Positions 45,256 to 55,668 of a stretch of 62,787 bases of DNA are shown piece by piece. This DNA comes from a virus (lineage: Duplodnaviria > Caudoviricetes): positions 1-62,787 of the IMG/VR virus record IMGVR_UViG_3300028585_000025. The stretch is one strand, 5' to 3'. How positions within the stretch are numbered: the stretch's first letter is position 1; the number at the start of each line of letters is the position of its first letter. The notes under the pieces were generated by a model, which was given only the letters and a program-made list of their open reading frames with translations, did not search any database and was not told where the DNA came from. The position numbers and the translations under genes are program-made.

Positions 45256-47247
45256 TCAGTTGCGGTAAGTACCTTCAACAAACGCCGAGATAATGTTACC
45301 CGCTAATGAAGAGGAGAACGTTGCCGCCATTTGTGTTGGGGATACCCACTGCTTTACATCTAACTGCGTTTTCGCAAGCATACGTGCCAGTTTGTCAGAA
45401 CGATAAATCTGCTCATTCAAACCTTGACCCGAAAGGATTGCCAGATAATCCGAATAGTTGTTATCATCGGTCATCAGTTTTGCAGCCGCACGAGCCGGGT
45501 TGGTTAAGTCACCTGGGTTCAGTGCAGGGTCAATTGGCGCATGAAGCATTGGGGACATATCTGCAACCGAGAATGTTACATCAATGCCCAGTGGTTGTTT
45601 GTCTTTTGTCCAACCAACGTTACCTACACCACGTTGAATAGACATTGCGTCAAGCATACCTAAACGGGTTTGTGAACGACCTTTGGAGAATGCTTCTACC
45701 AAGAAGGGAGAAGTATAGGCCTGAGCGCCCACAGAACGCGGCAGGATCATATTTAACAGACAAACCAAGGGAATGATAAGGTTTTGTATACGACTCACTG
45801 GGTGGCCGTATGGCGACCTTAAATTGATGGTGTACGTTTCGCGCGGAAGTGAAGCCGTAGATCCTGTCCAGTGTTGAGGGATCTCAATATAACCCTGACC
45901 CAATAACAAGTTTACGATACCACCCAAACCTGTACCGGATGAGTAACCCTGTACGACCTGCATACCGGCGTCAATCAATCCATCAATCGGTGCAAATCCC
46001 GTTTTACCACCACCTGCCATGAAGCGTGCATCTGCAGCAGCGGTTGACGCACCGTTTAATATCCCGGCTAATTGGTTCTCACCAAAGGAGCTTTGGAATG
46101 ATTCGCCCACTGCGCCATTATGATTAACCTTGAACCCAATAAAGCTACCGCCATCACGCAGTTCTGATTCCATGTGATCAAGCACACTGTTAAAGAATCC
46201 AGAAGCTTTCTCAACATCAGTTACAGATTGCGTATCACCATTGTCAGCGACCGTTACGTTAGTGCCGGTATCGCCATCAGAATCCATGGTGTAGTTACCC
46301 GCAGTTTCCATACTGCTACCCGTCGCATCTTTAACCTGACCTAAACCTGAATTGAAATATGAGCTTAAGTAGTTAGTGAGCGTTGAGTTAGGACTATCCC
46401 CGGCAGGGTCAGTCCAAGTACGACCATGACTTTGAATAGTGGTGATGGCTGTGTCACGGTTACTGACGGTTGCGGATTCAATACGTTGCCCTAATGCTTT
46501 CTGCCAACGAATGTGCTTACGGTTCGCACGGTTAGCAAGATAGAAAAGGTCAACAGAACCATCAGCACGCCAGAGACCAGGCAACATGTTTGCAAGCAGC
46601 TTACGCTCATTCGGCGTATAGGCAGAGAAGTCAAAGGTCTGTTCCTTTACAGTACTGTGGCGCGTACGGAAAGCCGGCGGAATGATACCCATGTTGATCA
46701 TGATGGCATTCAGCATGTTGGTGCATGACTTCCAGTACAACGGCATGGCATTCTTCGAATAATAGAACTTCGATTTAGGAATACCCATGAGCCAGGTCAC
46801 GGTGGTATAAGTCACAGATATCGCTTGGATCGGCCAGTGAATAATCGCCGATGCAGCTTCTGCAAAATGGAATAACCAACCCGGTGCGCGACCGGTGCGT
46901 GCCAGATAAGCGGCATTCGCATCGAACATGTTGGCTAAGAAACTGAACAGGCCATTGAACTCGGGAACCCCCATGCGGAAATAAACCACATCGGCATTGT
47001 CATCAATGTTCGCGCTGTAGTCAGACCCCATTCCACCAAACTGATCATTCCACCAACGCGAGGCACGAATGTCACAAGTCGGGGACCACTGGGGAGGAGG
47101 GTTAATCCAGAAGTTACCACCCGGTGTTGTATCCGTGAATTTATTCCGGGCCTTTTGATATTGCCTGCGGTCTTTCAACCCGTCATCAATATTCACACCA
47201 GACAACATAAATGCCTGTTGTAAATAATCATGGTCTTTGATATTCAT
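45256..47247 (-). CDS. tail/baseplate hub protein (phiKZ gp182-like)
   Basis: KFTDTTPGGN..INPPPQ, GMG..YS..ID, R.GVPEFN, LRSPYG; immediately downstream of the giant tail protein. Confidence 0.75.
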   Translation of the reverse strand: MNIKDHDYLQQAFMLSGVNIDDGLKDRRQYQKARNKFTDTTPGGNFWINPPPQWSPTCDIRASRWWNDQFGGMGSDYSANIDDNADVVYFRMGVPEFNGLFSFLANMFDANAAYLARTGRAPGWLFHFAEAASAIIHWPIQAISVTYTTVTWLMGIPKSKFYYSKNAMPLYWKSCTNMLNAIMINMGIIPPAFRTRHSTVKEQTFDFSAYTPNERKLLANMLPGLWRADGSVDLFYLANRANRKHIRWQKALGQRIESATVSNRDTAITTIQSHGRTWTDPAGDSPNSTLTNYLSSYFNSGLGQVKDATGSSMETAGNYTMDSDGDTGTNVTVADNGDTQSVTDVEKASGFFNSVLDHMESELRDGGSFIGFKVNHNGAVGESFQSSFGENQLAGILNGASTAAADARFMAGGGKTGFAPIDGLIDAGMQVVQGYSSGTGLGGIVNLLLGQGYIEIPQHWTGSTASLPRETYTINLRSPYGHPVSRIQNLIIPLVCLLNMILPRSVGAQAYTSPFLVEAFSKGRSQTRLGMLDAMSIQRGVGNVGWTKDKQPLGIDVTFSVADMSPMLHAPIDPALNPGDLTNPARAAAKLMTDDNNYSDYLAILSGQGLNEQIYRSDKLARMLAKTQLDVKQWVSPTQMAATFSSSLAGNIISAFVEGTYRN

Positions 47248-47262
47248 TCACAAACTCCGAAT

Positions 47263-47298
47263 GATAGTAAAAAGGAGGAGAGGGTTTCCCCTCTCCCG
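47263..47298 (-). terminator. intrinsic terminator after giant tail gene
   Basis: minus strand gggagaggg-gaaa-ccctctcc-tccttttt. Confidence 0.65.
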
Positions 47299-47306
47299 AT
47301 TACTGA

Positions 47307-50300
47307 TTAACCGTTACCATACCCGCGTCTGAACCCAACCGATGGAGCACCCGCGCCATTCGCTGGTTGCTGTGGCGCAGCAGGTGTCGCTGCCGGCGTA
47401 TTCATTTTATCCATAGTAAGACTGACAAACTTGGACATGATATCAATCAATGACCCCATCTTAGTATCGATATTCGCGAGGTGATCCTTACTGTCGGCCA
47501 GATGACCCTGTGTCTCCTTCGGCATGACAGGAGCTGCAGGTGCAGGTTGCGCAGCCGTAACTTGAGGTGCGTTACTGACTTGCGGTTGCTGCGGTTGCAT
47601 CTGAGGCGGTGTGTTAAGGGTCGGTGTTGGTGTTGGTGTAGCCGCTGCCTGATTGTCTTGTGCCGACGCAGTAGAGTTCGTTGCATTCGGTGTAGATGAT
47701 CCGGCATTGGTTGTCGCCGCTGCACTTGGTCCGCTTGTTGAGCGCAGAGCCGGTGCGTCAGCAACAGGTGCGGTACCAGCCGCTGCAGCGTTAGCCGCAG
47801 ATGCACCCGGTGCCGTGAGTTCAGCTGCAGTCTTCGCACCAGACAACGCCGGTGTATCTGGACCTTGCTGTGCCTGTTGACTCGCCAATGCCGCAGCAGT
47901 GCCATCGCCTGATGATTCACCTTGTGCGCCAGCAGATTTATCTTTGCCGGAGAGGATGTCATCAAACTTCCCACTTCCCACCATATCGGTATACTGCTTA
48001 AAGAGTTGACCACGTTCAGCCAGACCATGCGTACCGCCATTGATCATCTTCGTAACAGTATTCAGATCCCCTTTCTTCGCAGCATCTTCTAATCCCTTAC
48101 GAGACTTCCAATACCACAACGCCGTTTTAGCCGCCACATCAGAATCACTGGCAACTTTGTCTGGGTCGGTTATCAGGTCAATACCTAAGCCTTTTGACGC
48201 CGCTGCATAGTTAGCTTTACCGGTCAGCTGCATGAAGCCACGTCCACGGTACTTCCAACCATCACCTGGTTTATCGTTCCCCATACGACCACCGTAGATC
48301 GAGTTCGCAATAGCGACAGGACCTGCAGCAGCAAGCTGTTGAGCAACCGCCATGTTCGGGAAACGGTTAGGCCAGAGTTTCATCAGAGTCTCTGCTTTAT
48401 AACGCAGGTTCTCCTCAAGCTTACTAAACCCACCGGACTCTAAGTGAGTTTGTGCGAGCAGCATGGCGATCTCTTGCTTGTCGGTAATACCCTGAGCCAT
48501 AGCGTTACGAATCAGGATACGTGCTCCCTCTTCGGCACCTGGGCCCAGTTTCAACGGAGTGACCTTACCGGTGTTATCAATACCGCCTGCGCCGGCACTA
48601 CCCGCAGCACCATTCAGACCCCCTGTGTTACCACCGTATGATGTTTCCAGTCGACCGGTTTCAGGGTTGTACGTTGTCTGCTGACGTTGTGACGTATAGA
48701 CCTGACCGTTGGACGTCTTCACTTGGTTATTAACCATATTGCCAGAAGAGTCTTTACGCCATGCCTTCTCAGTCGTCCCGTCTTTGCTTTGGCTCACACC
48801 GCCTTTAACAGGCTCAGCTGAGAACTGGGCTTGCTTGACAGCAGCTTTCAAGTTGTTCAGATGGTTTTGAACAATTGACGCATCGTCATTAAGTTCGCCA
48901 CTGCCCCATGGGGATGCTTTGACTGTCCAGATACTGATTGCATTGACGCCATCACCTGTGTATTTCTGATTGACCATCGACGTCGCGATTGCTAATTGCA
49001 ACTCAGGTGGCATCTTCTTCACAGCAAGGGTAGGGCGTGTATCACCAATCTGTGTATAGGTCGTGCCAGCAAATGCAAGGTACGCTGGTAAGAAGCGACT
49101 GACGAACCAAGGTTCCCAGCGTTTGAACTGCCACTGGTTACCTGCGCTCAATCCAAAGGTCGGTGCCACGATCTGGAAGATGTCTGATGCTTTACCATCA
49201 AACGTTGCTCCCTTATCAGTGAACTTCACTTTGTTTGCCATCACTAATTCCAACTCAAGGAGTGTTGACACTTTGTCAATATCCAGAGAAGGAAGGCCAT
49301 AGACTTTCATACGCAGCGCAGTGAGATCGTCCATCGCCTGGCCAGGCTTAGGTAACAGACCTGCTAACAGATCACCGACATTGACCACCGTACGATCACC
49401 AGTCAGCCAAGAGGTCTCTTTATGACCCACGGTGTTCAGACCTGGGAGATTCTCGTTGTTCGGGTTGATGGCTTTGATAAGATCGCTTGATACATCACGT
49501 CTCATCGCACTATCACGAGAACCTGTCGTGAAGACTGATGCTGACTTCTCACCTGTGCTTGCACGTTCTGATCGTTTACGCAGCTGATCTACTACATCCT
49601 GAACTAAAGATACAGTGACTTTATAATCAGTTGCATTCAGATCACCAAAGATACGACCGGTGAAGCGGTAAGGATGATCGATACTCGGATCGAACTGTTG
49701 AGAACGTTTAGCGATCTCATACTTCGCAGTTTCATCCGATGACTTGTCCAGATCAATAAAGGACTGATTTGGCAAGACTTGTTTCGCCATCGCTTTGTGC
49801 GTCAAGTAGACCGGTTTAAAACGTTGGGTCAACCAACCACCAAACTGTTCGACTTGGTCGTGGCTGTTTGGGTCATCAACAAACATGGCAGCGAGTTTGA
49901 CAATTGGGGCTTTTGGATCAAGTGACGCATAACCTTCATCAGTGACTTTCACGTAAGGTTCTAATGCTGCCTCGAGTTTAAGGATAGCTTCCACGTGAGA
50001 TGAGTCATTGTCCGGGATACCATACTGACGCATACGCATCTGTTGGAGTAATCCTGGGTTCTTGAACCAACCGTACATGGAACGACCTAACGCACCGCCT
50101 GCCGCGCTACCAAGAATACCACCAATGATACCGCCGGCTACTGTACCAACTACAGGGATTACAGAACCGATTGCCGCGCCTGCTGCTGCCCCGCCGAGAA
50201 TACCACCGAGACCGCTACCCGCAGCTTCGGCTACCCCTGCGCCATCACCCGCTTTATAAGCATCATACGCCTCCATTGCGCTGACACCTGCTGTGATGAC

Positions 50301-53300
50301 CGCTGCACCTTTACCGAATGTCTTGAGCATGCCGCCTGGACTACGAATAGCACCAACCGTGCGACCCAAGATCCCCGAACCTAACTTAGTCACACCTTTG
50401 GCGGCATTACGACCAACGAAGCGACCAGCACGACTCAGCAGACCCCGACGACCCCGTGCTCTTCCACCTCGACGACCCCGACGACGTTCACGGGTACCAT
50501 CTCCGGCTTCATCACCACCTGGTAAGTCGTCCAGTAGATCACTACCAGCATCAAGGGCTTTCTTGCCTAACAAGATCTTACCCAGGCCACCGACAAGGGT
50601 ACCCACCCAACCGAGTTTTAAGAAGTTAGCTAAACCACCGAGAATACCAAACTCTTTGATTCCACCAACCAAACTACTGACCGATGAGAAGAGACCAGAA
50701 ACCAGACCGAAGATCGTAGACGGTTTCTCTTTAGCATCTCCTTTTCCATCGTGTTGCTTTTTGGCCTCTTCCTGTTCCTTCTTGCGTTGTGCACGTTTGC
50801 GTAGAATATCACGCACGGAATTCTCACGTACACCGTCACCATCAGTATCCCCTTCTGCGTCACGTCGTTTATCACGTAACATGTTCCAGAGACCCTTGGT
50901 GGCTTTAAAGCCAAGATAGGCAGGGCCAAATGTAGCCCACTTCGCGACAGTCAGTACCGGTGAGTTGATATTTGGCAGATGTTTAAACACCGTCTTAGCA
51001 AATGAGCCTAAACGACCGGCCTTGCTGTCCGACATGCGTTTACCCAAACCACGTAACCAACCTTGACGCTCAGTCATCCCATCGCGCAATACCGAAGCAT
51101 CGCCTGTGACCTGTGCAAGGGTTGCATCTTTCGTGGCGGTTGTCGCATCACGCACCGAGGCCATAACACCAATCACTTCACGTAACAGATTGTTATTGTC
51201 CATCTGGGCTTGTACGATACTTGCCGCTTCAGAAGTCCGCTGTTCTTCAGCTGGAGTTGGTGTGTAGTTACGTTGCTCAACGTTACTGTCGGTTTGACGG
51301 AAGACCGAACTCGTTGCTTGGGGCTGTGACTCGGCAACTTGCTCAGCTTCTTTAACCATGGTACTTACTGCTTGGTCAACCGCTTTCTTACCAAACCGGG
51401 ATTGCAGTTCGGCAATGGTGGTACGGATCGCATCTTTACCTTGACCTGCTGCTGACATCAACGATTGTTTGATCATTGAGAGATCAGGCGCACCCATGCC
51501 ACTCACCCGGCTGTGTACAGCAGAACCAATGTCGGAGGCTGACTTGACAATGTTGTTAAACATGTCGCTGCCATTGCCGCCTTGCGAGAACCCACTTAAC
51601 CGATCACGGATACCTTGTCCAGCAGAATTATCCATACGGCGAACAATGCGATTAACAGCCACTTCACCATAGCGTCCAGCAAGCTGACGGCGAACCACGT
51701 CATAAGCCTGCGGACTGTTAGCTCGGGCATTCGAAAGTTGCTCACGGATTTGATCCTCTTCTTCACGAGACAGACGACCACGCAGGTTACCCAGACGATC
51801 AGTAACACCACGACGGAGGTTATCTAATGCTTCACGACCCATGCCACCAAGTTCAGCACCTGGATTAACGTCACTGCCTTTCTCATCGCCTTCACGATCA
51901 GGACGGTAGTTCGGGTTCTCCAAGAACTTCTGCATCATCTCCCAGTACATGTCATGGTTAAACACATCCTGGTTGTTAACGCGTTTGATGATCCCCATGT
52001 CTTTCAGCTGGGCGCGACTACCGCTGTTCGCCATGGTGTTCAACGACTCTTCAACATTCGGCATGTACTGGCTTTGCGCCTGCATGATGTTCGACATGTT
52101 GTTGCGCAGCTGTGCGAGTTCTGGCGCATCACCGATCTGGTACTGACCGAAGGCTTTGGCTTTACCCGTAGATTCCCGTGTATCGAAGCGTTTATGTAAG
52201 AACTCGTTGATCTCACGTACTGCGTCTTTATTAGCATCGCCCCAGCCACTTGACTTCAAGTAACTGTTCACGTTGAATCCATCACCAGCTTCTGCATCAC
52301 GTGCAAAACGCATCGCTAACGCAACACGGGCATTGGGTGAGAGTTCCTTATCCGGGTCAAGTGAATCAACCATGGTCGAGAACGAGGAAGCGGCAGATGA
52401 AAATTCATTGCGGTTAAAGATAGAAGAACGCAAATCGACGTTGGCGCGTTTCTTAGAAGTGAACCCACCTTGAATATGGTTGAAGTTAACTTCTTTCACG
52501 TTCTCAGCATCAGCACCCATTTTGTTAGCAATCGCGGTGACTTGCGTTAACTGACGAGTAAGCAGACCAGGGATAACTTCGACAATGGAACGACGGGTCA
52601 TCTGATCAAAGATAGCCGGGGTCGTCAGATCCTTTACACCTGGGTTATTCAGACGGGTCCGATTCCCCATTGAGGCCGGCATCTGGAACAAGGTGTTATT
52701 AACGAAAGGATTCACTACGCGCTTTTGCAGACGAGTGTACCATTTGTTATTCGGATCATTTGGGTTGTAATCTTCGCTGAAGTTATCACGATTACGTAAC
52801 CAACCATTTGCCAAACCCGGTGCTGCGTTTGCATAGTAGCTTAGGTCGTGCCCCATGCGATTGAGTTTATCGTTCTTCGCTAATGCAGGGCGGGCAAACG
52901 TTGAGAACAACCAAGGCATCGCACTGGCTAAACCAGCACCTGCCATCTGACCGTAATCACGTGCACCTAATGAACGACCAGCCATACGTGCTTGCTGCGC
53001 ACCCATCATTGCCATACGTGCAGCGGCTAAGCCACCTGAGGCACGATGGTTAACATCCTGGCTACGTTGATCGACGACATTATAAATGTTATCGAACAGG
53101 CGGTTACCAAACTGTGAGAAGCTACCACCTAACGCACCCAGTGCACGCTTACGAACAAGCTCACGGGCTGAGGCGCCATGTGACATTTTCTCAAAGTCGG
53201 TTAAGCCGGTATTCTTCACTAAAGAAGCCATACCTTCCAGCTGACGTTTATAGAAGCGTTCTTGCATCTTGCCGATAGACATTTGCAGCTTGTATGAACG

Positions 53301-53999
53301 GTACTGGAGCTCTAATGACTTACGCTGGTAGTTCGCAGTGAACTGTTCAGTGAAACCAACCTGGCGCGCCGTGAGACGGTGTATGCCCTGGAGGAAACCA
53401 ATGGTATCTATATCTGCACGCTGAGATCGAGTAGCGATCGCGGCATTCTGCGCCATGGCTTCATTATGAAGCGCAGTGGCCAACTGAGATGACTGAACCG
53501 CAGATTGCTGAAGTGCTGTCAGCAGATCTTCTGTGGTCGCATCCACATCGAGCTGTGGTGTGTCATCTTTACTGGTAGACGAATACGAATAATCAACCGA
53601 CTTACTGTTCGCCCACGTTTCGATATTCTTTAAGAGTTTCTCTGGAAGCTTACCGCCATACATGGATAATGCATCAGCAGTGGTCTCTTTTAGATCTTTT
53701 ACCGAGTCACGGGTATTGGTTTTAACTTTATCGTATAGGTCATCTTTGAATCTGGTTGCGCGATCTTTAGCATCAAACGCAGGTGAAAAGGATGTAGGAA
53801 GTAATGAGCGGATAATTCGCTGCGGTGAGCCTTTAGCAGTGAACTCTTGTTTGGCACCGGTCCATAGACCTGCGGCGAATTCACGAATCGCACCGCCCTT
53901 GCCTTTCTTCTTCTCACCCGCATTGTCACCGAAGTCGAAATCGAAATCCAGGTCAAGATCACCCAGATCTTCGTATCCGAGATTGACATTATCGGCCAT
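47307..53999 (-). CDS. tape-measure/lytic tail protein (phiKZ gp181-like) with C-terminal GH19 lysozyme domain
   Basis: 2230 aa helical; Gly-zipper segments; AQTHLESGGF..LEENL.Y, GDGWKYRGRGFMQLTGK.NY, INGG..GL.ER. Confidence 0.85.
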   Translation of the reverse strand: MADNVNLGYEDLGDLDLDFDFDFGDNAGEKKKGKGGAIREFAAGLWTGAKQEFTAKGSPQRIIRSLLPTSFSPAFDAKDRATRFKDDLYDKVKTNTRDSVKDLKETTADALSMYGGKLPEKLLKNIETWANSKSVDYSYSSTSKDDTPQLDVDATTEDLLTALQQSAVQSSQLATALHNEAMAQNAAIATRSQRADIDTIGFLQGIHRLTARQVGFTEQFTANYQRKSLELQYRSYKLQMSIGKMQERFYKRQLEGMASLVKNTGLTDFEKMSHGASARELVRKRALGALGGSFSQFGNRLFDNIYNVVDQRSQDVNHRASGGLAAARMAMMGAQQARMAGRSLGARDYGQMAGAGLASAMPWLFSTFARPALAKNDKLNRMGHDLSYYANAAPGLANGWLRNRDNFSEDYNPNDPNNKWYTRLQKRVVNPFVNNTLFQMPASMGNRTRLNNPGVKDLTTPAIFDQMTRRSIVEVIPGLLTRQLTQVTAIANKMGADAENVKEVNFNHIQGGFTSKKRANVDLRSSIFNRNEFSSAASSFSTMVDSLDPDKELSPNARVALAMRFARDAEAGDGFNVNSYLKSSGWGDANKDAVREINEFLHKRFDTRESTGKAKAFGQYQIGDAPELAQLRNNMSNIMQAQSQYMPNVEESLNTMANSGSRAQLKDMGIIKRVNNQDVFNHDMYWEMMQKFLENPNYRPDREGDEKGSDVNPGAELGGMGREALDNLRRGVTDRLGNLRGRLSREEEDQIREQLSNARANSPQAYDVVRRQLAGRYGEVAVNRIVRRMDNSAGQGIRDRLSGFSQGGNGSDMFNNIVKSASDIGSAVHSRVSGMGAPDLSMIKQSLMSAAGQGKDAIRTTIAELQSRFGKKAVDQAVSTMVKEAEQVAESQPQATSSVFRQTDSNVEQRNYTPTPAEEQRTSEAASIVQAQMDNNNLLREVIGVMASVRDATTATKDATLAQVTGDASVLRDGMTERQGWLRGLGKRMSDSKAGRLGSFAKTVFKHLPNINSPVLTVAKWATFGPAYLGFKATKGLWNMLRDKRRDAEGDTDGDGVRENSVRDILRKRAQRKKEQEEAKKQHDGKGDAKEKPSTIFGLVSGLFSSVSSLVGGIKEFGILGGLANFLKLGWVGTLVGGLGKILLGKKALDAGSDLLDDLPGGDEAGDGTRERRRGRRGGRARGRRGLLSRAGRFVGRNAAKGVTKLGSGILGRTVGAIRSPGGMLKTFGKGAAVITAGVSAMEAYDAYKAGDGAGVAEAAGSGLGGILGGAAAGAAIGSVIPVVGTVAGGIIGGILGSAAGGALGRSMYGWFKNPGLLQQMRMRQYGIPDNDSSHVEAILKLEAALEPYVKVTDEGYASLDPKAPIVKLAAMFVDDPNSHDQVEQFGGWLTQRFKPVYLTHKAMAKQVLPNQSFIDLDKSSDETAKYEIAKRSQQFDPSIDHPYRFTGRIFGDLNATDYKVTVSLVQDVVDQLRKRSERASTGEKSASVFTTGSRDSAMRRDVSSDLIKAINPNNENLPGLNTVGHKETSWLTGDRTVVNVGDLLAGLLPKPGQAMDDLTALRMKVYGLPSLDIDKVSTLLELELVMANKVKFTDKGATFDGKASDIFQIVAPTFGLSAGNQWQFKRWEPWFVSRFLPAYLAFAGTTYTQIGDTRPTLAVKKMPPELQLAIATSMVNQKYTGDGVNAISIWTVKASPWGSGELNDDASIVQNHLNNLKAAVKQAQFSAEPVKGGVSQSKDGTTEKAWRKDSSGNMVNNQVKTSNGQVYTSQRQQTTYNPETGRLETSYGGNTGGLNGAAGSAGAGGIDNTGKVTPLKLGPGAEEGARILIRNAMAQGITDKQEIAMLLAQTHLESGGFSKLEENLRYKAETLMKLWPNRFPNMAVAQQLAAAGPVAIANSIYGGRMGNDKPGDGWKYRGRGFMQLTGKANYAAASKGLGIDLITDPDKVASDSDVAAKTALWYWKSRKGLEDAAKKGDLNTVTKMINGGTHGLAERGQLFKQYTDMVGSGKFDDILSGKDKSAGAQGESSGDGTAAALASQQAQQGPDTPALSGAKTAAELTAPGASAANAAAAGTAPVADAPALRSTSGPSAAATTNAGSSTPNATNSTASAQDNQAAATPTPTPTLNTPPQMQPQQPQVSNAPQVTAAQPAPAAPVMPKETQGHLADSKDHLANIDTKMGSLIDIMSKFVSLTMDKMNTPAATPAAPQQPANGAGAPSVGFRRGYGNG

Positions 54000-54040
54000 G
54001 TTTTTACCCTATTTAAGTTGCTGCTAAAAGGACACACATC

Positions 54041-55657
54041 ATGCGGTCAGCATTACTACCTTTTAACATTACCATTACTGACTCCAAGACCGTCCCTTGG
54101 AGAATGATGCGGCCTGTGACGTCTCTCGACATTTACGATGGCCTGACCACTGAACTGAATGACAATGGTCTTTACTCCATTCCCATTTTTGGACGCGTTG
54201 GGTCTGAAGAGCGTGACCAACGGTTTAGCTACATCCACATCAAATGTTCGATCTTCCATCCCGATGTCTTCCGTGCATTGACTGCATTAAAGCAGATGTA
54301 CACAGGCATTCTTTCTGGTAGCGTTTATGCCGTTTGGGATGATGAATTAAAGGACTTCATAAAATCTACGCCACTTGAGGGACAGACGGGTTTTTCTTTC
54401 TTTGTCCAGCATTGGAAAAGCATAGAATTTAAGCGCAATGAATCTTCGTCTCGAAATGACAAGATTGCACTGGTTGAGAAATATAAAGATATTGCGATGT
54501 ATCGAAATATCTTGGTCTCTCCTGCAGGTCTTCGCGAGATCCAGATTGATGACCGTGGTCGCACGATTGAGAACGAAGTCAACTCGCTGTATCGCAAGTT
54601 ACTCTCCGCTGCCAACACCATTACCGATGACCCAGCTGCGGCTGATACGTCGTTGTATGATTCTGTGCGCTGGTCATTGCAGAACCGCTTTAACGAAATC
54701 TATAAAAGCTACGCTGACATGCTGGAAGGTAAGCGTGGTATCCTGCAGCAGAAGTGGGGTCGTCGTCGTATCTTTAACGGCACACGAAATGTTATCACCG
54801 CAGCACCAGTTGGTACCATGACACTGGGTGCGCTCAACTCACCACACATGAACGATACGCAAATCGGTCTGTACGAGTTGGCACGTGGTGCATTGCCGTT
54901 AACCGTACATGGGTTATTGAATGGCTGGTTGAAACACGTCTTTAATGACGGCACTCGTATTCAGGTCATCAACCCCAAGTCGCTGAAACAAGAAACCATT
55001 GAAGTCGATATCCCAACGGTTGCCAAATGGACAACGCAGGAAGGGTTAGAGAAACTCATTGGCGGTTTTGCTGACACAACCATCCGTAATAAGCCGATCA
55101 CGATCCAAGGTCGCTATATCGGTTTGGTGTATGCTGATAACGATCACTTCCGTGTTTTTGGTGACATCGGTGAACTCCCGGCGAACTTCAACCGCGAGCT
55201 CGTCCATCCAATGACTTACACGGAACTTCTTTATCTGTGTCTGTACCAGCGCTGGAATACCCTTTATATGCTGGTTACCCGTTACCCGATTACCGGTATG
55301 GGTTCAGTCTATCAAACCAAAGCGTTTGTGCGCACAACCATCAAGTCCAGTGTCAAAGTTGAATTGGATGAGAACTGGCAGGCGATCCCTGGCGCGTACG
55401 CCACCGCCTTCCCAGTGCATGACCGTTTCGCGGAATTCATGGACTCCCTCTCAGTGCACCCTTCTCGTTTAGGTTTACTGGGCGGCGACTATGATGGCGA
55501 TACCATGTCAGCAACCATTCTTTTAGGTGATGACGTATTACGTGAATGTGAGATGTTACTTGCACAGCGTGAGTCGTACATTACCGGCCGTGGTGAATTC
55601 CTCGTTGACGTAACCAACGAAACCCTGGACTTTGTGCTTAAGGCGCTGACTTCTTAA
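54041..55657 (+). CDS. virion RNA polymerase beta-prime subunit, catalytic part (phiKZ gp180-like)
   Basis: GLYS..IFG, GKRG.LQ.K...R, TRYP, GGDYDGD metal-binding motif. Confidence 0.9.
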   Translation: MRSALLPFNITITDSKTVPWRMMRPVTSLDIYDGLTTELNDNGLYSIPIFGRVGSEERDQRFSYIHIKCSIFHPDVFRALTALKQMYTGILSGSVYAVWDDELKDFIKSTPLEGQTGFSFFVQHWKSIEFKRNESSSRNDKIALVEKYKDIAMYRNILVSPAGLREIQIDDRGRTIENEVNSLYRKLLSAANTITDDPAAADTSLYDSVRWSLQNRFNEIYKSYADMLEGKRGILQQKWGRRRIFNGTRNVITAAPVGTMTLGALNSPHMNDTQIGLYELARGALPLTVHGLLNGWLKHVFNDGTRIQVINPKSLKQETIEVDIPTVAKWTTQEGLEKLIGGFADTTIRNKPITIQGRYIGLVYADNDHFRVFGDIGELPANFNRELVHPMTYTELLYLCLYQRWNTLYMLVTRYPITGMGSVYQTKAFVRTTIKSSVKVELDENWQAIPGAYATAFPVHDRFAEFMDSLSVHPSRLGLLGGDYDGDTMSATILLGDDVLRECEMLLAQRESYITGRGEFLVDVTNETLDFVLKALTS

Positions 55658-55668
55658 TAAGGTGTCCC

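Noticed and set aside
47447-54037. Many antisense and alternate-frame ORFs over the giant tail gene (e.g. 50293..50919 +, 47447..48040 -)
   Set aside because: Shadows of Gly/Ala/Pro-rich codons; no RBS or recognisable motifs
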